Translations under genes and position numbers: made by a program | Source: Nitrospirota bacterium | GTDB taxonomy: Bacteria > Nitrospirota > Thermodesulfovibrionia > Thermodesulfovibrionales > Dissulfurispiraceae | Reading direction: 5' to 3' | Assembly (NCBI GenBank): GCA_040754455.1 | Contig: JBFMCP010000002.1 | Coordinates: 128,001 to 192,000 of the forward strand | Length of the DNA stretch: 64,000 nt | Part shown: positions 1-10,483 of the stretch, in pieces | Position numbering within the stretch: the stretch's first letter is position 1 | Layout of the letters: each line of letters begins with the position of its first letter | The notes under the pieces: model-generated | Told to the model about the DNA's origin: nothing | What the model saw: the letters and a program-made list of their open reading frames with translations, nothing else | The model's database searches: none

Positions 1-1011
1 CTGCTCATCAATATGTTCCAGGCTTCTCAATTCCTCTTCAGCCGCATTCCTGTAGCTGAGAATTGCATCGATATCCTCACCGTACTTTCTCTCGAGCCGC
101 TTGATCAGCTCAAGGCGTTCATCGAGTTCGGTGAGCCGCTGGGGATCGATGTCGTATTTATCTTTGAATTTCCGTAGGAGAATCGCAGAATCCTCGAGCA
201 GCGGAAGCGCCGATTCAAGGATTGTCAGAAGTTCCTGGGCGCCCTGGTCGATGTGCGCCATATCCCGCACCTTTGCAAGTACCGTTGAGAGATGTTCGAT
301 CGATGAGCCTTCAGACTCATAGAGCAACATATAGGCGGTTTCGGAAGATTCCTTCAGTTTGTTGAGATTGAGCAGTATGGCCCTTTCTTCCTCGAGGACG
401 GCTTTTTCACCCGCTCTCAGTTGCGCAGTGTCGATCTCGTTGACCTGGAAACGCAGGAAATCGATTCTCTGCCCCCGTTCGCGGACGCGCGTCCGCATCT
501 CGGCAATCCGGCTCCTCATATCCGCTATCTCACGGTAGAGCGATTGCAGGGAGAGGGACGGTGCCTCAAGCCCGCCGTAGGAATCGAGAAACGACAAATG
601 GGCCTCTTTCCTCAGAAGGCTCTGGTGCTCGTGCTGGCCGTGGATATCGACGAGGCTGCTGCCTATTGCGGAGAGCGTCTGCATGCTTACCGGCGAGTCG
701 TTAACATAGGCCCTCCCTTTCCCCTGTGAAGAGATGCTTCTCCTCAGGATGATCCCTTCTTCGCTCGCTATGGAGAGATCCTCAAGGACCGGGTGGGTGG
801 TCGTATCGAAAAATGCTTCGACGAGGGCCTCTTTCCTTCCGGTCTTGATCATGTCCTGGGAAGCCTTGCTGCCGAGGAGAAGGCCGATGGCGTCGACGAT
901 GATTGATTTGCCGGCCCCGGTTTCGCCGGTGAGGATAGTGAGACCGGGCTCGAATTCGATGGTCAGGTCATCAATAATAGTAAAGTTGCTGATGCGTAAT
1001 TCCTTGAGCAT
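1..1011 (-). CDS. recN: DNA repair protein RecN (5' part; runs off window start)
   Basis: Not in the ORF track. Manual translation from ATG at 1011 gives MLKELRISNFTIIDDLTIEFEPGLTILTGETGAGKSIIVDAI, the RecN N-terminus with Walker A; GAGGGG RBS upstream. Confidence 0.93.
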   Translation of the reverse strand, partial: MLKELRISNFTIIDDLTIEFEPGLTILTGETGAGKSIIVDAIGLLLGSKASQDMIKTGRKEALVEAFFDTTTHPVLEDLSIASEEGIILRRSISSQGKGRAYVNDSPVSMQTLSAIGSSLVDIHGQHEHQSLLRKEAHLSFLDSYGGLEAPSLSLQSLYREIADMRSRIAEMRTRVRERGQRIDFLRFQVNEIDTAQLRAGEKAVLEEERAILLNLNKLKESSETAYMLLYESEGSSIEHLSTVLAKVRDMAHIDQGAQELLTILESALPLLEDSAILLRKFKDKYDIDPQRLTELDERLELIKRLERKYGEDIDAILSYRNAAEEELRSLEHIDEQ

Positions 1012-1111
1012 CCCCTCATACTCGATTGATGATTTCAGATTTGTGATCTATGATTATAATGTGATGCCGTTGAAAATCACAAATTGCATTCATCGATCAT
1101 CAAGCGACAAT

Positions 1112-2356
1112 CTAAAATATGCTTTTAAAATCTTCCTCTTTTACGGGACCAAGGACGGTGAGGCTCATTTTGCCCTCGTTGATGAGGCGACGGGCGAGGT
1201 CTTGCACCTGCTTGAGGGATACAGCTTCGATCTCTTTCATAATCTCATTCTGTGTAAAGTATCTTCCGTAATATATTTCTTGTCGGGCAATGCTCTGCAT
1301 CCTGTTGCTGGTCGATTCAAGACCGAGGACGATATTGCCTTTGAGCTGGTCCTTTGCCCTCCTGAGCTCGATGTCGGTCAGCGTTTCATGAAGCTCTTTC
1401 ATTTCCTTGATGATCAGCTCCGTCACCGTCTTTGCCCGCTTCTTTCCGGTGCCGGCATACACCGACCAGAAACCGGTGTCCAGATATGAAGAGGCAAAGG
1501 AGTAAATGGAGTAGGCGTATCCTTTCCTTTCACGTATTTCCTGAAAGAGCCGTGAGCTGACGCTCGACCCGAGAATGGAATTCAGTACCCCGATGGCATA
1601 CCGCTCGTCGCTCCCGAAGGGAAGGCCCTCGACGCCGAGACAAATATGGGTCTCTGAAAGATCCTTTGGAAATACGGCAATAGCGCTGTTAAACGACGGG
1701 GGTGAAAAAAGCTCGGGCTCGGAGCCCCTCCTGAGCGCCCCGAGGTAGTGGTTGAGCAGGTTCAGGACGAACTCCGGATCGAAGTTCCCTGCACAGGCCA
1801 CGACGGTATCGGCAGTGCCGTAATACTTTCTGACGTGGCTGGTGAGGTCGTCGCGGGTGAAGGTCTTGATCGTCTCCCGCCGCCCCAACACCGGCTGGCC
1901 GAGACCAGTATTGCCCCAGACGGTCTGGCTGAAGAGGTCATGGATGTAGTCGTCCGGCGTGTCCTCGACCAGCATGATCTCCTCTTTTATGACGCCCTTC
2001 TCTTTCTCGATTTCCTCTTCGGGAAAGGTTGAGTGCAAAAAGAGGTCGGAGAGCAACTCGATGCCCTTGTCGATGTATTCATCGAGCACTTTTATGTAGA
2101 AGGCGGTGTTCTCGCGCGAGGTAAAGGCGTTCAGGTCGCCGCCGAGCGAATCTATGGCAATGGCGATATCGGTGGCGGAACGCTTTTTGGTCCCCTTGAA
2201 GAACATATGTTCAAGGAAGTGGGAAATGCCGTTTTTTTCGGGCACCTCATTGCGGGAGCCCACTTTTACCCATATGCCGATGATGACGGAGCGAAAATTT
2301 TTCAGCTGCTCCATGACCACCGGCATGCCGTTGTCGAGATATTTTTTTGTAAACAT
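1112..2356 (-). CDS. M16 family (pitrilysin-like) zinc peptidase
   Basis: Inverted zinc motif HFLEH...E; usual position downstream of pnp. Start moved to MFTKKYLDNG (2356); the ORF track starts at 2419. Confidence 0.9.
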   Translation of the reverse strand: MFTKKYLDNGMPVVMEQLKNFRSVIIGIWVKVGSRNEVPEKNGISHFLEHMFFKGTKKRSATDIAIAIDSLGGDLNAFTSRENTAFYIKVLDEYIDKGIELLSDLFLHSTFPEEEIEKEKGVIKEEIMLVEDTPDDYIHDLFSQTVWGNTGLGQPVLGRRETIKTFTRDDLTSHVRKYYGTADTVVACAGNFDPEFVLNLLNHYLGALRRGSEPELFSPPSFNSAIAVFPKDLSETHICLGVEGLPFGSDERYAIGVLNSILGSSVSSRLFQEIRERKGYAYSIYSFASSYLDTGFWSVYAGTGKKRAKTVTELIIKEMKELHETLTDIELRRAKDQLKGNIVLGLESTSNRMQSIARQEIYYGRYFTQNEIMKEIEAVSLKQVQDLARRLINEGKMSLTVLGPVKEEDFKSIF

Positions 2357-2452
2357 AGTTGTGTTATGGCGTTGTAATGAACAGCGTTCGGCGTCAGGAT
2401 AAAAATAATACTGCGCCATAAGTTTGCACCTTATAGCGCAGTACGCTGAACG

Positions 2453-4570
2453 CTATGAACGGCTTTGCTCGCGCAGCACTTCTTTCCTGCTGAGCCTGAC
2501 TCTCCCCTGATTGTCGATTTCGATGACTTTGACCATTACTTCATCGCCGACATTCAACTCATCGGTGACTTTGGCGATTCTTTTCTCCGAAATCTGTGAT
2601 ATGTGGAGGAGCCCGTCGACTCCGGGAAGTATCTCGACAAAGGCGCCGAAATCGGTGATCCTCACCACTTTCCCTTTGTATATCTTGTGCAGCTCCGCTT
2701 CGGCAACGATGCCGTTGATAATCTCAATCGCCTTCTTCGCCGATTCTTCATCGGAGGAAGCGATATTGATCAACCCCGAATCATCGATGTCGATCTTGAC
2801 ACCGGTCTGCTCGATGATGCCCCGGATGACCTTTCCTCCGGTCCCGATGACGTCGCGTATCTTATCCTGCTTGATCTGCATGGTGAAGATGCGCGGTGCA
2901 TGGGGAGAGAGTGTTGCTCTCGGTCCGGGCAGCGCCTCCTTCATCTTTCCAAGGATATGGAGCCTGCCGATCCGCGCCTGCTCAAGGGCATCCTGGAGGA
3001 TCCGGCGGCTTACGCCGCTGATCTTCACGTCCATCTGGAAGGCGGTGATGCCCTTTTCGGTGCCGGCAACCTTGAAATCCATATCGCCGAGGTGGTCCTC
3101 AAGCCCGAGGATATCGGTGAGTACAACGACCTTTTCCTCCTCTTTGATAAGGCCCATGGCGATACCCGCCACCGGCGCAGTGATCGGGACGCCCGCATCC
3201 ATCAAAGAGAGCGTCGCACCGCAGACCGTCGCCATTGATGACGAGCCGTTGGACTCGAGGACATCGGAGACAACGCGGATCGTGTAGGGGAACTGCTCTT
3301 TTGTCGGAAGCACGTATTTCAAGGCGCGCTCGGCGAGCGCTCCATGTCCGATCTCCCGCCGCCCCGGAGAGCGCAGCGGCTTTACCTCGCCGACACTGAA
3401 GGGGGGGAAGTTGTAGTGGAGCATAAACGTTTTGTAGGTTTCACCTTCAAGGGAATCTATTTTCTGTTCATCGTCGGCAGTGCCGAGGGTCGCTGCAACC
3501 AATGCCTGGGTTTCGCCCCTGGTGAAGAGCGCCGAACCGTGGACCCGCGGCAGGAAGCCGAGGAGACAGCTGATATGTCGAATCTCGTTGGGTTTCCGGT
3601 TGTCCACCCGTACTCCCTCGTTGAGGATCATATTCCGTACGATTTCTTTCTCGTAGTCGTCGTAGATGTTGGCGATATCCCGCGTGAGGTCCTTTTCAGC
3701 GTTGCCGAAGAAGCGCTCCGCGCGATCGGGGGTGTTGAGGTGCTTGATAGCATCTTCGAGGATAAGGTCCAGCGCTTCCTGGCGCTGCTGCTTTCCCGCA
3801 ATACGTATTGCCTCTTGTATCCGCTCCGCCACATACGCCCGTACTTCGTTCTTGAGCTCGGCCTTTTCTTCGACCGGCGCAACGGGCCGTTTTTCTTTAC
3901 CGACGAGTTTTCTCAAGTCATTCTGAAGCGCTACGATTCTCTTTATTTCAGCATGGGCGAAGTCGATTGCCTCGAGGAGCTGTCCCTCTGAAACTTCCGA
4001 TCCTCCGCCTTCAACCATAATTACTGCTTCATCTGTTCCGGCAACGACGAGGTTGAGCGTGAGCCGGTCGATTTCGGACAGGTCGGGATTGATCACGAGG
4101 GCACCCTCGATCATGCCGACACGTACCGCTCCTACAGGGCCGCCGAAGGGAATGTCCGATATATGGACGGCAGCGGACATACCGATGACACCAAGGATGT
4201 CCGACACATTCTCGTCACCGTAGGAAAGCACCGATGCGATTCCCTGGGTCTCCGAATAGAACCCTTTCGGGAACAACGGTCTCAGGGGGCGATCGATGAG
4301 ACGTGAGGTAAGGACTTCCTTCTCCGAGGGCTTTCCCTCCCGCTTGAAGAAGCCGCCGGGAATCTTTCCCGCTGAATAGGTCTTTTCCTGGTAATCGATG
4401 GTAAGAGGGAAGAAATCCAATCCCTCCTTTACTCTCTTGTCTGCTACTGCAGTGGCAAGGACGACCGTATCGCCGTACCGTACCACAACGGCGCCGCCTG
4501 ACTGCCGCGCCATCTGCCCAGTCTCTAGGATCAGGCGTTTTCCTCTTAGTTCAAGTTCTACTTTTGTCAT
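2453..4570 (-). CDS. pnp: Polyribonucleotide nucleotidyltransferase (PNPase)
   Basis: Two RNase PH domains (RREIGHG, SNGSSSMA, DHLGDMDFKVAGT), KH and S1 domains; follows rpsO. Confidence 0.98.
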   Translation of the reverse strand: MTKVELELRGKRLILETGQMARQSGGAVVVRYGDTVVLATAVADKRVKEGLDFFPLTIDYQEKTYSAGKIPGGFFKREGKPSEKEVLTSRLIDRPLRPLFPKGFYSETQGIASVLSYGDENVSDILGVIGMSAAVHISDIPFGGPVGAVRVGMIEGALVINPDLSEIDRLTLNLVVAGTDEAVIMVEGGGSEVSEGQLLEAIDFAHAEIKRIVALQNDLRKLVGKEKRPVAPVEEKAELKNEVRAYVAERIQEAIRIAGKQQRQEALDLILEDAIKHLNTPDRAERFFGNAEKDLTRDIANIYDDYEKEIVRNMILNEGVRVDNRKPNEIRHISCLLGFLPRVHGSALFTRGETQALVAATLGTADDEQKIDSLEGETYKTFMLHYNFPPFSVGEVKPLRSPGRREIGHGALAERALKYVLPTKEQFPYTIRVVSDVLESNGSSSMATVCGATLSLMDAGVPITAPVAGIAMGLIKEEEKVVVLTDILGLEDHLGDMDFKVAGTEKGITAFQMDVKISGVSRRILQDALEQARIGRLHILGKMKEALPGPRATLSPHAPRIFTMQIKQDKIRDVIGTGGKVIRGIIEQTGVKIDIDDSGLINIASSDEESAKKAIEIINGIVAEAELHKIYKGKVVRITDFGAFVEILPGVDGLLHISQISEKRIAKVTDELNVGDEVMVKVIEIDNQGRVRLSRKEVLREQSRS

Positions 4571-4624
4571 CAAACTCTCTTTCTATCTCTTTAGTGTGCT
4601 TTGTTCAGTGCCAGAAGGGTGTTC

Positions 4625-4894
4625 CTATTTTCTGAGCCCGAGCTTCTCAACGACCGTATCATAACGACCCTTGTCGGAGGTCTTGAGATAGTTGAGCAGC
4701 TTCCTACGCTGGGCAACAAGCTTCAAGAGCCCTCTCCGCGAGTGATGGTCTTTTGCATGGGTTTTAAAATGCTCGGTAAGATACGTTATTCTCTCGGTGA
4801 GGAGCGCTATCTGTACCTCAGGTGAACCTGTGTCATGATCATGAACTTTGTAGCTCTCGATGATCTTCTTCTTTTTTTCCGTGTCAAGTGACAT
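4625..4894 (-). CDS. rpsO: 30S ribosomal protein S15
   Basis: [14 protein letters not shown]...[13 protein letters not shown] signature; AAGGTGGTGA RBS before ATG at 4894. Confidence 0.98.
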   Translation of the reverse strand: MSLDTEKKKKIIESYKVHDHDTGSPEVQIALLTERITYLTEHFKTHAKDHHSRRGLLKLVAQRRKLLNYLKTSDKGRYDTVVEKLGLRK

Positions 4895-5226
4895 TGTTAG
4901 TATCACCACCTTTCTTTACCTTTCTTTTCGTTGCTGTGTTCAAGACAAATGAGAGCACTCGCTCAGCAGTGCTCTTTCAGGATGTCAAAAAAATATTTTA
5001 TGTTAATAGGTTAGCATACATCAAGGCCTGCTGTAAAGATTTTTGAGCGTATCATCATGGTCATGTCTGGAGAATGATATTCCTTTCAACGAGGTAACGC
5101 GACCGACCGGTCATTATAAAAAATTTTAAGACGCTGATAAAAGCGTAGATTTGCGTGTTCCAAGATGGTATTTTTAACCATATATGTACCTGCGGGTCAG
5201 CGTAGGAAAGAGGGTTTTCAACGGGG

Positions 5227-5829
5227 ATGGACATTGTATTAGCTACAAGGAACAGAAAAAAGGCGGAAGAGCTCAGCAGGATTCTTGGTGACCTCGACGT
5301 GAGGATATTGACGCTCGATGATTTCCCCTCCTGTCCGGAAGTGATTGAGGACAGAGATACCTTTGAGGGGAATGCGGTCAAGAAGGCCGCAGCGATTGCG
5401 CAGTGTACCGGCACTATGGCGGTTGCCGATGATTCAGGGCTGGAGGTTGCCGTCCTGAACGGCGCTCCCGGGGTTCTGTCGGCGCGCTATGCGGGTGAAC
5501 ATGCAGATGACGCCGCCAACCTCGAAAAGCTGCTCGGCGAGATGCAGAACGTACCTGACGGGCAGCGGGGGGCGCGGTTTGTTTGCTGTATCGCCTTTGC
5601 CGCTCCGGCTTCAGGAGAGGAAGGGGTCAAAACATTTTTCGGCTTTGTTGAGGGGACCATCGGAAGGGAGCCGAAAGGGCAGAGGGGGTTTGGCTATGAC
5701 CCGGTCTTTTATCCTGAAGGGCACGACAGGACTTTTGCCGAGATGGGGCCGGAAGAAAAAGATACGTTAAGCCATCGGAGACGGGCGCTTGAGCAGCTTA
5801 AAAGCTATTTAAAAGAATTCGTTAGATAA
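5227..5829 (+). CDS. rdgB: XTP/dITP diphosphatase (RdgB/HAM1)
   Basis: ATRNxKK, DDSGLEV, APGVLSARYA, GFGYDPVF and SHR motifs. Confidence 0.95.
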   Translation: MDIVLATRNRKKAEELSRILGDLDVRILTLDDFPSCPEVIEDRDTFEGNAVKKAAAIAQCTGTMAVADDSGLEVAVLNGAPGVLSARYAGEHADDAANLEKLLGEMQNVPDGQRGARFVCCIAFAAPASGEEGVKTFFGFVEGTIGREPKGQRGFGYDPVFYPEGHDRTFAEMGPEEKDTLSHRRRALEQLKSYLKEFVR

Positions 5830-5940
5830 ATATAAAGAATTTTAATGTGCGAATTATAATTTTAAAATTGCTTTAACGCCGGACATCTATTATCTTTAAT
5901 AGTATTGTCCTTTTTTTAAAAAAATTTAGGGAGGTACTCT

Positions 5941-6588
5941 ATGAGAATCGTTCTTCTTGGTGCACCGGGAGCAGGAAAAGGTACCCAGGCAAAGAAAATT
6001 ATCGAAAAATACCCTATTCCGCAGATTTCGACCGGTGATTTGCTGAGAGCCGCCGTTGCTGCAGGAACAGCCCTCGGCAAAGAGGCCAAATCATATATGG
6101 ATAAAGGTGAATTGGTCCCCGACAGCGTGGTACTCGGCATGGTGCAGGAGCGGCTCAAGCAGGATGATTGCAAAAAAGGATATATCCTTGACGGTTTCCC
6201 GAGGAACACCAAGCAGGCGGAGGCCTTGGACGGTATGCTTGCTTCAATGAATATGCCGCTCACCGCAGCCCTCAGTGTCGATGTTCCGTTTGATGACCTT
6301 ATGAAACGCCTTACCGGCAGGAGGACCTGCAAGTCCTGCGGGCAGATGTACAATGTATACTTCAATGCCCCCAAAAAGGAGGGCGTCTGTGACAAGTGCG
6401 GCGGCGAGCTTTTCCAGAGGGATGACGATAAGGAAGCAACGATCAAGAAGAGGCTCGAAGTGTACAACGCGCAGACGGCGCCGCTCATCGATTACTACGG
6501 CAAGAAGGGTATTCTGAAATCCGTTTCAGGAACCGGCAGCATCGATGACATATTCGGCAAGGTGTGCAGCGCGCTCGGGCTTAAATAG
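5941..6588 (+). CDS. adk: Adenylate kinase with zinc-binding LID
   Basis: GAPGAGKGT, STGDLLR, LDGFPR, CxxC...CxxC lid, QRDDD. Confidence 0.97.
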   Translation: MRIVLLGAPGAGKGTQAKKIIEKYPIPQISTGDLLRAAVAAGTALGKEAKSYMDKGELVPDSVVLGMVQERLKQDDCKKGYILDGFPRNTKQAEALDGMLASMNMPLTAALSVDVPFDDLMKRLTGRRTCKSCGQMYNVYFNAPKKEGVCDKCGGELFQRDDDKEATIKKRLEVYNAQTAPLIDYYGKKGILKSVSGTGSIDDIFGKVCSALGLK

Positions 6589-6642
6589 GACATTCAGGTT
6601 GGGTCTTGAAATAGAGCTAAAACCAAACAGGAGGAAATACGT

Positions 6643-7836
6643 ATGATTAAACCACATGGTTCAGACAAACTGAATCCGCTCTTTGTGTATGACACGGCTG
6701 AAAATGAAGCCCTGCAGAAAGAGGCTCAGGGTCTGAAGTCTATTGTTGTGAGCTCGGCTACTGCAGCGAATGCGGTTATGCTGGGCGGCGGCTACTTCAC
6801 CCCTTTAACAGGCTATATGAATAAAGCGGATGCCCTTTCTGTTGCGAAAAACATGAAAACGACATCCGGCTTGTTCTGGCCTGTTCCGATTTTGAACCTC
6901 GTTAAGGATGCGGGCTCGATCAAGGCGGGCGATCGTATTGCGCTGAAGGATCCGAACGTTGAAGGCAATCCTGTGCTGGCGGTTATGGATGTGAAGGCGG
7001 TTGAAGAATTCAGCGATGAGGAAATGGCGGTGATGTCGAAAGAGATCTTCCGTCCTCGTCCCGGGGAGGCACATCCCGGTGTTGAAGTGTTCAACGCTCA
7101 GGGGAAGGTGTGTCTGTCAGGTCCGATTAAAGTGTTGAACTTCTCATATTTCCAGGATGAGTTCCCCGACACCTTCCGTACCGCAGTCGAAATCCGCAAC
7201 GAAATCGCTGAGCGCGGCTGGAAGAAGGTTGTTGCGTTCCAGACCCGTAATCCGATGCATCTGGCGCACGAAGAGCTTTGCCATATGGCAATGGAGCGCC
7301 TGGGGTGCGACGGACTGGTTATTCACATGCTGCTCGGCAAATTGAAAAAGGGTGATATCCCGGCACCGGTTCGTGATGCGGCGATCCGTAAAATGGTTGA
7401 ACTCTACTTCCCTCAAAATAGTGTAATGGTCACCGGTTACGGTTTCGATATGTTGTATGCCGGCCCGAAAGAAGCGGTGCTGCACGCTGTGTTCCGTCAG
7501 AATATGGGTGCAACCCACTTCATTGTTGGGCGCGACCATGCCGGTGTCGGCGATCACTATGGTGCTTTCGATGCGCAGAAGATCTTCGACGAGGAAGTGC
7601 CTGCCGGCGCGCTGCAAATCGAAATCTTCAAGGCTGACCACACTGCATACTCGAAGAAGCTGAACAAAGTGGTGATGATGTGCGAGGCGCCTGATCATAA
7701 AAAGGAAGACTTTGTTCTTCTTTCCGGTACAAAGGTCCGCGAAATGTTAAGTCAGGGTATTGCACCGCCTAAAGAATTTTCGCGCCCCGAAGTGGCTGAA
7801 ATTCTGATCAAGTATTATCAGAGCCTTGGAAAATAA
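6643..7836 (+). CDS. sat: Dissimilatory sulfate adenylyltransferase (ATP sulfurylase), sulfur-oxidizer-like sequence
   Basis: VAFQTRNPMHxAH, YAGPKEAVLHA, GRDHAGVG, SGTKVR motifs; directly upstream of aprBA. Confidence 0.97.
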   Translation: MIKPHGSDKLNPLFVYDTAENEALQKEAQGLKSIVVSSATAANAVMLGGGYFTPLTGYMNKADALSVAKNMKTTSGLFWPVPILNLVKDAGSIKAGDRIALKDPNVEGNPVLAVMDVKAVEEFSDEEMAVMSKEIFRPRPGEAHPGVEVFNAQGKVCLSGPIKVLNFSYFQDEFPDTFRTAVEIRNEIAERGWKKVVAFQTRNPMHLAHEELCHMAMERLGCDGLVIHMLLGKLKKGDIPAPVRDAAIRKMVELYFPQNSVMVTGYGFDMLYAGPKEAVLHAVFRQNMGATHFIVGRDHAGVGDHYGAFDAQKIFDEEVPAGALQIEIFKADHTAYSKKLNKVVMMCEAPDHKKEDFVLLSGTKVREMLSQGIAPPKEFSRPEVAEILIKYYQSLGK

Positions 7837-8015
7837 ATCCTTCGTTTAGGGTACTTTGCAATGACGTGTTTCAGATTAAAAACTCCGACGATATGCATGA
7901 AAGGGGGTGCGAGTAAGTCTTACGGCAAAGGATAAGCAGTAAAGGTTGGGAATGCTTAAGAGGCAAAAGGTAATGAAGAGCTCACAAAACAAACCAAAAA
8001 AGGAGGTTGCATTTT

Positions 8016-8447
8016 ATGCCGAGCTATGTAATTACGGAAAAGTGTGACGGATGCAAGGCGCAGGACAAGACCGCCTGCCAGTACATCTGCCCGAACGACC
8101 TCATGACCCTCAACAGGGACATCATGAAGGCCTACAACCAGGAGCCTGATCAGTGCTGGGAGTGCTACAACTGCGTGAAGATCTGCCCTCAGCAGGCGAT
8201 CGAGGTAAGAGGCTACCAGGACTTCAACCCGCTTGGTGGTAACGTCATCCCTATGAGAGGCACCGACTCCATCATGTGGACGATCAAGTTCAGAAACGGG
8301 TCTCTCAAGAGATTCAAGTTCCCCATCAGGACGACCCCAGAAGGTTCTATCGATCCTTACAAAGGGAAGCCGGAGCCCGATTATTCGAAGTTGAAGTCGC
8401 CTGGCTACTTCAACTATGAAGCCAGAAAATCTGCGCAGATAAAATAA
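8016..8447 (+). CDS. aprB: Adenylylsulfate reductase beta subunit
   Basis: CDGC...CQYICP and CWECYNCVKICP 4Fe-4S motifs; MWTIKFRNG..KRFKFPIRTTPEG; AGGAGG RBS. Confidence 0.98.
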   Translation: MPSYVITEKCDGCKAQDKTACQYICPNDLMTLNRDIMKAYNQEPDQCWECYNCVKICPQQAIEVRGYQDFNPLGGNVIPMRGTDSIMWTIKFRNGSLKRFKFPIRTTPEGSIDPYKGKPEPDYSKLKSPGYFNYEARKSAQIK

Positions 8448-8465
8448 TAAAGGAGGGACGATAGA

Positions 8466-10445
8466 ATGGAAAAAGAAACCTGTAATTTTTCATACTGTGC
8501 GAAGCCCGAAATTGTTGAGATAGAGACCGATCTTCTTCTCATCGGCGGCGGCATGGCCTGCTGCGGCGCAGCATACGAGGCAGCCCGCTGGGCGACCCCG
8601 AAGGGCATAAGGGTCACCATGGTCGACAAGGCAGCTACCGACAGAAGCGGTGCGGTTGCGATGGGCCTTTCAGCTATCAATACCTACTGCGGTGAGAACG
8701 ATCCCGCAGATTACGTTAAATATGTACGCGCCGACCTGATGGGCATCATCAGGGAAGACCTTGTCTTCGACCTCGGCAGGCACGTCGACAATTCCGTCCA
8801 TCTCTTTGAGGAGTGGGGTCTCCCGATCTGGAAAAAGGCTGATGACGGCTTCTCCCTCGACGGCTTCCAGGCAAGAGACCAAGGAAAGGCTATGCTGAAG
8901 GACGGCGGAACGCCTGTCCGTTCCGGTAAGTGGCAGATTATGATCAACGGTGAGTCCTATAAGGTCATCGTTGCTGAGGCTGCCAAGAAGGCCCTTGAGT
9001 ACAACAGGCAGGCAACCGGCGTTCCACAGAACCACTTCGAGAGAGTCTTCATCGTGAAGCTCATTCACGATGCTAATGATCCGAAGAGGGTTGCAGCAGC
9101 AGCCGGCTTCAGCGTCAGGGAGAACAAGGTTTACATCTTCAAGGCGAAGGCGATGATCAATGCTTCCGGCGGCGCCGTCAACGTCTTCAGGCCGAGATCG
9201 ACCAAAGAAGGTCAGGGTAGGGCATGGTATCCGGTGTGGAACTCCGGTTCTGGATATGCTCTCGGCATGCAGGCCGGTGCTGAGCTCACAATGATGGAGA
9301 ACAGGTTCGTGCCCGCAAGATTTAAAGATGGTTATGGTCCGGTCGGCGCATGGTTCCTCTTCTTCAAGGCAAAGGCAACCAACTCCTATGGCGAGGACTA
9401 CTGCGCAACGCATCTCGAAGAGACCAAGAAGCTTTACAGCCCCTATGCCGAGAAGCTCGGCACCGCGATTAGAAACCACATGATGATGCTCGACATGAAG
9501 GCCGGCAAGGGCCCGATCCTCATGAATACACATACCGCCATGCAGGAGCTCGCAAAGACCATGGACGCCAAGAGGATCAAACACCTAGAGGCAGAGGCAT
9601 GGGAAGACTTCCTCGATATGTGTATCGGCCAGGCAGGCCTCTGGGCTTGTAAGAACGTTGAGCCCGACAAGGAGCCGTCAGAAATCATGCCGACCGAGCC
9701 GTATCTCCTCGGCTCGCACGCAGGCTGCGCAGGCTTCTGGTGCAGCGGCCCCGGCGATATACCGGGCACTCCTGAGCACTACTCCTGGGGCTACAACAGA
9801 ATGTCCACGGTACCGGGCCTCTTCATGGCTGGCGACATCTGCGGCGCATCAGGCCACAAATTCTCCTCGGGATCCCACGCCGAAGGCAGACTTGCTGCTA
9901 AAGGTGCAATCGCCTTCCTCCTTGACCATGCTGATTACAAGCCGACGATCAAGGAGACCCCTGACCAGATCGCTGCAGAGCTCTATCTGCCGTTTGAGGT
10001 CTACGAGAAGTACAAGACCTTCTCGACCGACCCGAGCATGAACCCGCACTATATCAGGCCGAACATGCTCCAGGCACGGCTCCAGAAGATCGCTGACGAG
10101 TACTTCGGCGGCATCTCGACTTGGTACATGACCTCAAAGACCATGCTCGAAGAAGGCTTGAAACAGCTCGAGCTGCTCAAGGAAGACGCTTCCAAGAGCG
10201 CGGCAAGCAATCTCCACGAACTCATGAGGGCGTGGGAGAACTTCCACAGAATCCTCTCGGTCGAGGCGCATGCACGCCACATCCTCTTCAGGGAAGAGTC
10301 CAGATACCCTGGCTACTACTACAGAGGCGACTTCCTCGCCATCAATGACAAGGACTGGAAGTGCTTCGTCAACTCCAAATATGATGCAGCAACCAACACC
10401 TGGGAGCTCAGGAAAGTTCCTTACGTCCAGATGTTTGCTGACTAA
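8466..10445 (+). CDS. aprA: Adenylylsulfate reductase alpha subunit
   Basis: RSGAVAMGLSAINTY, WQIMINGES, RFKDGYGPVGAWF, GHKFSSGSHAEG, REESRYPG motifs. Confidence 0.98.
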   Translation: MEKETCNFSYCAKPEIVEIETDLLLIGGGMACCGAAYEAARWATPKGIRVTMVDKAATDRSGAVAMGLSAINTYCGENDPADYVKYVRADLMGIIREDLVFDLGRHVDNSVHLFEEWGLPIWKKADDGFSLDGFQARDQGKAMLKDGGTPVRSGKWQIMINGESYKVIVAEAAKKALEYNRQATGVPQNHFERVFIVKLIHDANDPKRVAAAAGFSVRENKVYIFKAKAMINASGGAVNVFRPRSTKEGQGRAWYPVWNSGSGYALGMQAGAELTMMENRFVPARFKDGYGPVGAWFLFFKAKATNSYGEDYCATHLEETKKLYSPYAEKLGTAIRNHMMMLDMKAGKGPILMNTHTAMQELAKTMDAKRIKHLEAEAWEDFLDMCIGQAGLWACKNVEPDKEPSEIMPTEPYLLGSHAGCAGFWCSGPGDIPGTPEHYSWGYNRMSTVPGLFMAGDICGASGHKFSSGSHAEGRLAAKGAIAFLLDHADYKPTIKETPDQIAAELYLPFEVYEKYKTFSTDPSMNPHYIRPNMLQARLQKIADEYFGGISTWYMTSKTMLEEGLKQLELLKEDASKSAASNLHELMRAWENFHRILSVEAHARHILFREESRYPGYYYRGDFLAINDKDWKCFVNSKYDAATNTWELRKVPYVQMFAD

Positions 10446-10455
10446 TTAACCTCAT

Positions 10456-10483
10456 AAAGGGAGGGGCTCCAGCCCCTCCCTTT
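10456..10483 (+). terminator. Stem-loop after aprA (terminator or attenuator)
   Basis: AAAGGGAGGGGCT-CC-AGCCCCTCCCTTT inverted repeat. Confidence 0.7.

Noticed and set aside
2409..2443. Hairpin between pnp and the M16 peptidase as a novel element
   Set aside because: A single imperfect 14-bp stem, adequately explained as a terminator or processing stem after pnp.
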